The notes under the pieces are model-generated. The model was not told the DNA's origin. It saw only the letters and a program-made list of their open reading frames with translations, and did no database searches. Shown here piece after piece: positions 37,303 to 45,679 of a DNA stretch of 51,908 nt; positions within the stretch are counted from its first letter, which is position 1; each line of letters opens with the position of its first letter. This stretch comes from Basidiobolus meristosporus CBS 931.73 (Eukaryota > Fungi > Basidiobolomycota), in NCBI GenBank assembly GCA_002104905.1, contig MCFE01000625.1, forward strand, positions 1 to 51,908. Reading direction: 5' to 3'. The position numbers were made by a program, and so were the translations under genes.

Positions 37303-37650
37303 TGTTGTAAAAACTTGGAATTCCACCTAAATGTTCACCCAGCTTAGTCACTTAGATCATTACCTTCAAATCCTAGGGAATATGGACCAAATTCCTTGTC
37401 AGGATTTACTTAAAATATTTTCACCAAAATACCAGGTACCCAGAACATGAAATTATCATAGTTGTCCAAACAGCCCCAAACTTTGCACACATATTCTTGG
37501 GACCTTCCTTAGCCTATTCTATGTGTTTGTAATGCCAAGACCAGGTAAAAGTATAAATACTACTTTTACATTCAATAAATCATTAAGTGAAAACCACATA
37601 ATCTACTTGTTCTCCCAATCACTTCCAATATCTCCAAGACTCTTACAACA
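37303..37650 (+). mobile_element. Solo LTR with perfect TGTTG...CAACA ends and 5-bp TSD TCATT
   Basis: TCATT at 37298-37302 and 37651-37655. 348 bp long. Closest match by eye to the LTR at 268-606. Confidence 0.92.
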
Positions 37651-38233
37651 TCATTGACCAGTAGACTGTAATATATCAGGTAATACAGATACCATCTGTT
37701 ATAAGTTGCTAGGATGCAACTTTAGAGCTGTGTGATTAAAAAGAACTAACTCCAGGCCATGGATGCCCCTGGGCTTGAGCAATGTCAGTAACATATCCCT
37801 TGGCCTACTACTTATTCCTCCAAACTCCTCTCTTGTAAGGAACTAGCAGTGTTGCACCTAATTTGAGCCACACTCCTTTTATATAATTTAGGCTGATTCT
37901 CACTGCATATTATTACTATCCAATAATCTTGATATACTTACTAGTTCACCACTTTCCTGTGCAATTACTACCCTGCTCACAAATGCTAATACATATGAAT
38001 TAACAATCTTACTGTACCATTGATGTCTAAAGAACAAAAACACATGAACATATTAATAAATATGTCAGTAGCTCAGTCACAATCAGCTCTTAGTACATGA
38101 AGTATACCTATGTGAGTAAGCCCTTCAGCATGCATAATAAATCTTTTTAGGTTAATTGTACAAAAGAGATTTGCATGGGTAATGAATCAACAGTGCCAGA
38201 TTCTGACATATGTCTTTGATAGATTGTTATTTG

Positions 38234-38478
38234 TGATGTAGATTCTGGAATTGCACCTAAATGCTGACTGAACTTAGTTGCCTAGATAAAAATACAAACC
38301 TTAGAGAATTCTGGCCAAATTCCTTGATGCAACTTACTCTGAATATCTCACCAAAATATCAGGCACCAATCACATGAAATACTGATAGGTGGTCCAAATA
38401 GCCATAATCTTTCATACATGCTCTTGGGACCCCTCCATCAATACTCTATAAGTGAATTTTGCCAAGACCTTGTAAATG
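38234..38478 (+). mobile_element. 3'-truncated LTR copy
   Basis: GGAATTGCACCTAAATG...CACCAAAATATCAGGCACC...CATACATGCTCTTGGGACC matches the family 5' two-thirds. Confidence 0.7.
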
Positions 38479-38489
38479 ATGCAATATTC

Positions 38490-38825
38490 TGATGAGTATT
38501 GGAAGTGATGTGGAGCACTAGAGAACACACATGTTATTCACTGGTAGATGTATTAATCAAAAGTATGGTATTTCTAACTTTGATAGAGTAAGACAAACAA
38601 GCTTGTAGAGCTTGTTAAGGAAGGTTTCAAGAATATGTGTTCAAAGTTTGGGGTCATTTGGACAGCTTTGAGAAAGGTTATAGTTTGGGTATCTAATAAT
38701 TTTGTGAAAATATCCCAAGCAAATCCAAACAGGAAGTTTGGTCAGGACAGAATGCCATTCATAGAATAAGATATATGTGGCTGAGTTAGCATAAATATTT
38801 AGGTGACAAATTGATAATCATAACA
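38490..38825 (-). mobile_element. Inverted LTR copy, degenerate
   Basis: The reverse complement contains GATATTTTCACAAAA, CTCAAAGCTGTCCAAATGACCCCAAACTTTGAACACATATTCTTG and CACTTCCAATA, and begins TGTTA. Confidence 0.7.
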
Positions 38826-40172
38826 CTTACAGACCAGAAAGGTTATAGAGCTCATTCATATTTATATATACATTAGGTCTGATACTATTCAGCAGATCAG
38901 CCATTAAAGAATCAAAGTAATAAATCTTCTGCTATGGCCAAATCTTGTGATTACATTGTGTGTCACCTTCACAACTCTCACAACTTTCACCACAACTCCA
39001 ATGCTGAAGTAATCATAATTGGCCAGCTAAACAAAGAAGCCTTACCCACTAATGAAGGTGATGCACTCATTGTATCCCTGTGCGGCCCTTCTGCTGGTGC
39101 GGTTGCTGCCACCATCCATGTCAGATCCAGGCCCGTTTCCTCAGACAAAGGTGCTCAAAAAAGCATACCTCAACTACAGTAGGGTCAATCAACAATGCTC
39201 TAACGCGTGTTGGTGTTGTTCATTGTGGAGCTGCAACAGTGAGTTCAACCAGTGGCTACTAGTGATTGAAGCGGGGTAGAATAAGCACGAAGTTACTATG
39301 CACGAGGAATGACCCCAAACATGACTACTTCAATGTCCTAAACATGTTTATGGTATGTATACATATACACTTTGGCCCTGAAGTATAATTAGGTATGGTG
39401 ATGCTAGCCTTACCGAGTTACAATGGATGTTGCTTTGTGTTATGGAATAAACTGTAGTGTCTCTACTCTATGAAGACTCAGTGCATGCGCTGAGTAGAAA
39501 TTGCCATCATTGGCTATCCAAAGTGTACTGTAGCGCGTGCCATACAAAATCGGAGGCTACTTGGTTCCGGATTGATTTGGGTACTGGGATTAACTTGAAA
39601 TAGTTAGATTTGGACCATTGAGAGGCAGCATAGATCGTGAAGTCTATTTGGGTGGTTAGTCATTAATGGATTGGAGGCTACACCTCAATTCCTTATTTAA
39701 TGATGAAGTATATCCTTCTGGCGTAGCAAATCAAGTTGGTGTTTTGTGATTGATATCAAACAAGGAGGACAGTTCCAAGATAATGGCAAACTCCGAAGCA
39801 GTTGGGATAGATGGGGCATTGTATAGATCATATACAGTTAAAGCACTAGTAATATTCACTTAAACTGACACATCTAGGTATTACAGTTGTTACATATATA
39901 CTGCCAGATATGCACTAAGTATTCGGTTAAACTCTACTGTGCTCTAATATTTCCACAGACTACGTCCAGTATTACACCTCTCCTGTAATGTAACATTGGT
40001 GAGCTAACAGCACTGTATGAAAATGACTTTATTGTATCAGCTTTCTTAAAGAAAAGCAAGTAGTAGAAGTGCGCAGAAACCGTAAAATAACGGAACCTAA
40101 GGTGCTCTGCTAACAAAATCCTATTAGTGGATTAATAAAGTCTTCAGATCAAGGATCTAAGTGCAAGCAAAA

Positions 40173-40412
40173 TCAATCGCGGCACTGAATGAGAGAGCAT
40201 GACTTGCAGTTGGTGTAGTTGGGCCAGCCTTGGTATTGGCAATTCACATTCTTGTCGGTGCATTGTACGGTGGTTCCGGAGACATAGCAAGATCTGGTGC
40301 CAAGGGAGAGAGAGCTGGCGCACTTCTGGGCGGAGGAACCACATTCAAGAGAAAATTGGGTAGCGCTGACAGCCAGCCCGAAGAAAGCAACCACAAGAGC
40401 AACAGTACGCAT
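40173..40412 (-). CDS. Small secreted cysteine-rich protein (79 aa, 8 Cys), unknown family
   Basis: MRTVALVVAFFGLAVSA is signal-peptide-like. Mature spacing C-6-C-10-C-8-C-6-C-10-C-2-C-4-C. TATAAAA lies about 55-60 nt upstream of the ATG. CpGs are locally retained within a CpG-poor region. Confidence 0.72.
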   Translation of the reverse strand: MRTVALVVAFFGLAVSATQFSLECGSSAQKCASSLSLGTRSCYVSGTTVQCTDKNVNCQYQGWPNYTNCKSCSLIQCRD

Positions 40413-43028
40413 TATTATAGACGGAATCAGAATCTGGTTGATGTCTTTGATGTCCACAGGCGCCTCTTTTTATATCAAGCACCCGTAGTTAAGATGGAAT
40501 GGCTTTGAGAATCTCGACCTACTTGAGGTTGCACCAGCAAATAAGAACAAGATTGCGGGTGAATGGGAAGCAAGTGTTGGAATATCGTTAGCCGATATAA
40601 ATGGTATAGATCAGCTTTCTATACATAACTTTCCATAAATAAACATTACGGACTATGGCGACACATATAAGCTTGCATCAGAAAAAGCACTTACTCCCGA
40701 AGGCTTGTGGTGTCAGATTTAATTGTTTGTATTTTCATTAAAAACAATGCTGATTGCTTCACAATAGAGTTGCCTAGGTGATACAATTGCAATGAGTTGC
40801 GCAAACAATACAATTAGAAGTGGTTACCTAATGTCGATCCATTCTGTATTAGCCAGATTTCAAATGATGACAGGTTCTAGATTATACAGAAGTTGATGCC
40901 AACATATCTTTACTTGAGACGCAACTGGATGCGCTCGTTGAGTGGGTACCGTGGAAGCAAGCAAAGCATAGCGTCAATATACTCTTCACCCATACTAACT
41001 TCCTCATTGACAGTTGAAGTGCATTAGAGCTGCTTATACAATAAACCTGGTACTGCCATAGAGCTTATAGAACTAGTGGCATTAGAATATGGTGTAAGGT
41101 GAATCAATCAATGCTGAGTGCGAAATCTATATCCAGCGGTAAAGGAGAGTGGTGGTTAAACCACTATAAATTCTGATATTATTCACGCGGCTACTTACTG
41201 CCTGGATCAGGCAATGATCTATCCACTGCTAGTGGTACATACTGCCCTTAGTACTTCTCGGCAAACCAACTAGAGGCTTAAGAGAGTCAGAATATCTTTT
41301 GAATCATCAGGAACATATTTGCTCAGTCCGGTAGCTAATGGGATCCGGTATGAAAGGAGATACTCAGACCACCATATAAGCATGATGTAAGAAATTGCCA
41401 CCAAGAAAACAACGCCCATTGCAGGGCCAGTCAATATAACGATTTCAATTGCTAGTTAGCAGAGCTATTTGTAACTTGATGTTCGATTGTGACTTATGGA
41501 AAGGCCTCGGAATATTAAGAATTCATTGAAATGAAAAACACACAGAGTGATAGTGGAACCAATACTCATCGCACTCATCCATCCATTAATCACTTCCCTG
41601 ACACGGCATTGCACCCATAACTGTCCATTATGTATACCAGCTTTTTGGGGATTTGAAGTAGCAAATTTACAGTAATAGTGCCGTTATACTCACCAAAATC
41701 TACCATGAAATACTGCAATTCTTCCATTTATTCATTTTTTAAACAATGTTGCGTTGATATTGTCCAACCCAGCCCTAAAACTGCTAGAAGTCGCCTGTAA
41801 AGCCTGCTCTTTACCCAACAAAACCATAAAAATATACACCCACATGTTTACATGCCGCTGAGTTGTATTTAAGAACATGATTGCGGGTGAATAGGAAGCG
41901 AGTGTTAGAATCTCCCTGACCAATGTATACAGGGGAGGCTGTCTTGCTCTCAATTGGCTTCTAAATATTGCTGTAACAAAAACAATCATTGTGGACTATC
42001 ATGTTGCATATAAGTCAGAGACTAGGTCGAATGCATGGCAACTCAACATATTAGAAAATTTTGGGAAAGCAAAAGCAATACTCCGCATGATTCAAAGCCC
42101 ATTGGTTCTCTTCCTCAAAGTAACATTGCTTGGTTTATCCAGATGGGAAGACACGCGAGTTATACAGTAGAAATAATCAACCAATTTTGGCTACAATGTG
42201 AGAAAGTGAAGGTACACTAAATAGTTGGCACCTCTATACTGGTGTGATATGACTTGATAAGTGCTACTTGATGGGAATCTTTTCTTTTTGAGAGATAATG
42301 ATGCTTACTACTGCAGATGTATTTGCACAACAAATTTTGGGATACTGATAATTTATCCAGCCACATATGTTTGCGAAATGAATTTGGCTAGTGCTACACA
42401 TTTAGACAGGATTACAGTCAAGTCCCCAATCAGAGCCACTGGGAAAATCATTGTAGATGGTAATTATCTGCTAAGGCTGCGGACCATGACTAAATCCATA
42501 GCTATCCCTGTGAAAAATTGCAAACTTGGAATTCATCTGATTATCAGCTGGTTTTCAGCTGGTGTTTTTCCTTCTGATTTTCAGTTGCAATTTGTGATAG
42601 AAGTAGCAAGCAGCCAATTACCCAATTTGTTATGAGTGCTAGTTGGCCTTGTTTTGTCCTGGAAAATATGTCTGCTTGACTGTCCAATAGCTAGTACCTG
42701 CAATATTGATAGTAGACAGTTTTGAGAAACTTGGAATTCAACTGAAATCATGCTGGTATTCCACTGGTGTTTTGTTAAATTTTTTTCTTATGATATGTCT
42801 TGACCACAGTATGGAATATCAGACCATGGCTTTCTGATGGTAAAACTAGGCACATCTAGAGCTTGGCATCCATCACTCTGATTGATGTACAGTCTGGCTT
42901 ATTCAAAGACATAGCAGGACTGAATACTTTAAGTAAGGTAACTAGTATCTCTTCAGGTAGAAAGACCACAGTATGAGGGCAAGTATGCAATGCTCAAAGC
43001 CAGTTCAGATAAGGCAGTTGCATCAGGG

Positions 43029-44052
43029 GAGGGAAAGTCACCAAGGTAGGTGAAATCTTTATTTGATTTCAGACAAGTCTAACTACAAATAAAGAAGCCA
43101 GCTGGGAATAGAAGATTCCCAAAGTAAACACTAAGTTGAATATGAATAAATCTAAGCTAAAGTTAAGGCAGTATCCCAGAGTACACTGGGGTTCAGGTTT
43201 ATGGGGGAGTGAAGTAGATAAGCTTGAGAGATATAATAATCTTTTAAGAAGTGGGTGACAGCAGGTGAAGGGGAGTTTTTGATAAGTGAAGTGAATCTTG
43301 AGATCAGAGATTCCTCTAATGAGAAAGTCTTGTAAACTGGAGAATCAGGAAACTCTTTAAAGGCATGGTCAGAAGGTTCCCAGTAAAACTGGTCAGAGGC
43401 GTTTTGAGAGAATTCTTTAGCAATACTTTTGTCAAGTACTACCTCAAGAGTGTGATGGTTGATAAATCTCATGTTGACAATCTTGGATAAGTTGTAACCT
43501 TGTTCCTTGAGATACATCCTACGCTCAGATATAGGAATAAACTCCACATTGGCAAAGTAGCAGACAGCCCAGTCAGTAGCAGGAGGCAAATCAGAAGTGG
43601 CAGGAAACTTTCTTTTGGTCTTGGGAGGAGCAGCAGGATGTCTTGAAGAAGCAGGAAGAGGCTTTTTGACAACTTCAGAGTAGGAAGAGTGAGCAGGAGC
43701 AGATGATTCTTGGGGAGTCTTGTTGGCAGGAAGAGTTGGCACAGGGACAATAGATTCTTGCAGATCAGAGAAGGAAGAAAAGAGCTTTTGAACTTGTTTC
43801 TTGAGTAGAGCATTTTCAGCTTCAACAAGTGCAAGCCTTTCCTCAAGGAAAGAAATCTGAAGGGAATGGAGTGAAGGCATAAGAAATAAGAAGAAGAGGG
43901 TAAGATGGGGTGGGTGAGAGGGAAAATTAGCAGGGAGAAGAGAAGGAAGGAGCAAAAATTCCAGAAGTCAGAATTTATAGATGGATGGACAAGGGTAGAT
44001 GAATGGATTATTCCTGGGTTAGGAAAATTAGCAGGGAGAAGAGAAGGAAGGA
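43029..44052 (-). mobile_element. Telomere-associated non-autonomous retroelement type B, copy 1 (ORF1-only)
   Basis: 1038-bp period repeat. Bounded by TCAGGG (43023-43028) and GGGTTAGGGTTAGGG (44053-44067). Shares its 3' terminal module with the LINE. Confidence 0.85.
43152..43880 (-). CDS. ORF1-like protein of type B element, copy 1 (242 aa from ATG 43880)
   Basis: Coiled coil FLEERLALVEAENALLKKQVQKL, then SYSEVVKK, then LPPATDWAVCYFANVEFIPIS...LSKIVNMRF...LEVVLD, similar to LPPASTWTVVYLKQVPWTPIS...LSRIVNLAW...LEVILD in the LINE ORF at 48449-49165. Confidence 0.82.
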   Translation of the reverse strand: MPSLHSLQISFLEERLALVEAENALLKKQVQKLFSSFSDLQESIVPVPTLPANKTPQESSAPAHSSYSEVVKKPLPASSRHPAAPPKTKRKFPATSDLPPATDWAVCYFANVEFIPISERRMYLKEQGYNLSKIVNMRFINHHTLEVVLDKSIAKEFSQNASDQFYWEPSDHAFKEFPDSPVYKTFSLEESLISRFTSLIKNSPSPAVTHFLKDYYISQAYLLHSPINLNPSVLWDTALTLA

Positions 44053-44067
44053 GGGTTAGGGTTAGGG

Positions 44068-45071
44068 AGGGAAAGTCACCAAGGTAGGTGAAATCTTTAT
44101 TTGATTTCAGACAAGTCTAACTACAAATAAAGAAGCCAGCTGGGAATAGAAGATTCCCAAAGTAAATACTAAGTTGAATATGAATAAATCTAAGCTAAAG
44201 TTAAGGCAGTATCCCAGAGTACACTGGAGTTCAGGTTCATGGGGGAGTGAAGTAGATAAGCTTGAGAGATATAATAATCTTTGAGGAAGTGGGTAACAGC
44301 AGGTGAAGGGGAGTTTTTGATAAGTGAAGTGAATCTTGAGAGCAGAGATTCCTCTAATGAGAAGGTCTTGTAAACTGGAGAATCAGGAAACTCTTTAAAG
44401 GCATGGTCAGTAGGTTCCCAGTAAAGCTGGTCAGAGACATTTTGAGAGAACTCTTTAGCAATACTTTTGTCAAGTACTACCTCCAGAGTGTGATGGTTGA
44501 TAAATCTCATATTGACAATCTTGGATAAGTTGTAACCTTGTTGCTTGAGATACATCCTATGCTCAGAAATAGGAATAAACTCTACATTGGCAAAGTAGCA
44601 GACAGCCCAGTCAGTAGCAGGAGGCAAATCAGAAGTGGCAGGAAACTTTCTTTTGGTCTTGGGAGGAGCAGCAGGATGTCTTGAGGGAGCAGGAACAGAC
44701 TTTTTGACAACTTCAGAGTAGGAAGGGTGAGCAGGAGCAGATGATTCTTGGGGAGTCTTGTTGGCAGGAAGGGTTGGCACAGGGACAATAGATTCTTGCA
44801 GATCAGAGAAGGCAGAAAAGAGCTTTTGAACTTGCTTCTTGAGTAGAGCATTTTCAGCTTCAACAAGTGCAAGCCTTTCCTCAAGGAAAGAAATCTGAAG
44901 GGAATGGAGTGAAGGCATAAGAAATAAGAAGAAGAGGGTAAGATGGGGTGGGTGGGAGGGAAAATTAGCACGGAGAAGAGAAGGAAGGAGCAAAAATTCC
45001 AGAAGTCAGAATTTATAGATGGATGGACAAGGGTAGATGGATGGATTATTCCTGGGTTAGGAAAATTAGCA
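44068..45071 (-). mobile_element. Telomere-associated non-autonomous retroelement type B, copy 2
   Basis: Roughly 95 percent identical to copy 1 by eye and about 20 nt shorter at the 5' end. Flanked by TTAGGG tracts on both sides. Confidence 0.87.
44190..44918 (-). CDS. ORF1-like protein of type B element, copy 2 (242 aa)
   Basis: Intact, same length as copy 1, roughly 14 amino-acid differences. Confidence 0.82.
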   Translation of the reverse strand: MPSLHSLQISFLEERLALVEAENALLKKQVQKLFSAFSDLQESIVPVPTLPANKTPQESSAPAHPSYSEVVKKSVPAPSRHPAAPPKTKRKFPATSDLPPATDWAVCYFANVEFIPISEHRMYLKQQGYNLSKIVNMRFINHHTLEVVLDKSIAKEFSQNVSDQLYWEPTDHAFKEFPDSPVYKTFSLEESLLSRFTSLIKNSPSPAVTHFLKDYYISQAYLLHSPMNLNSSVLWDTALTLA

Positions 45072-45086
45072 GGGTTAGGGTTAGGG

Positions 45087-45610
45087 GGGAGGAAAGTCAC
45101 CAAGTGGTGAAATCTTTATTTACTTATGACAAGTATCCAAAGAAGCCATGTTAATCTGAAGTAATTCCTAGAAAGCTAGGTCTGAGGGATATCTTCCTGG
45201 TAAGCCAGGTCTGAGAGTTGAGAAGCTGAGTGGTACTGTATTTCCTAGTTAGCTAGGTCTGAGAGAGGTTTCCTGGAAAGCCAGGCCTGAGAAGTGAGAA
45301 TCTGAGTATATCTGAGGTGAGTTGTACTGATTTGCGGTAGCTGATTTGTGGCCAGAATGGCCAGTAGACTGGGGGAACTGAGGGTATTTCTGGGCGATCA
45401 CTGGCCAAATTTACTAGGCAAATCTGACCAATTAGCATTTCAAGGATTTCAGCCAATCAGAGCCTTTACTTTGCCCAATGGTTGATCAAGCCATCTCCCA
45501 ATGAGCACACATCAATTTATTAATCAAATTTTGCTGGATCCAGGATTTGAACCCACTACCATGGGTATGGAAGGGTTAGGGATAACCACAAGGCTAAGTG
45601 TTCTTGGTTC
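45087..45610 (-). mobile_element. Type C non-coding element, copy 1 (putative tRNA-derived SINE)
   Basis: No long ORF. The minus-strand 5' end has A-box-like TAGCCTTGTGG (45596-45586) and B-box GGTTCAAATCC (45553-45543) 43 nt apart. The 3' end is shared with the LINE. TTAGGG tracts on both sides. Confidence 0.8.
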
Positions 45611-45679
45611 TTAGGGTTAGGGGGGAGACAGTCACCAACAGGTGAAATCTTTATTTCAGTTGAAACAAAGAAGCCAGCG

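Noticed and set aside
38934-39279. Overlapping 60-82 aa ORFs in a locally GC-richer patch
   Set aside because: No signal peptide or motif that I can defend. Possibly a gene fragment.
45543-45603. Functional tRNA gene
   Set aside because: The acceptor and anticodon stems do not pair convincingly, and the sequence is part of a repeated 520-bp unit. Treated as a SINE head.
45087-45610. Hammerhead ribozyme in the C element (many CTGAG and GAAA words; Penelope-like elements carry hammerheads)
   Set aside because: I found no CUGANGA core in the right stem context on either strand by eye. An Infernal search would be needed, so it is not claimed.
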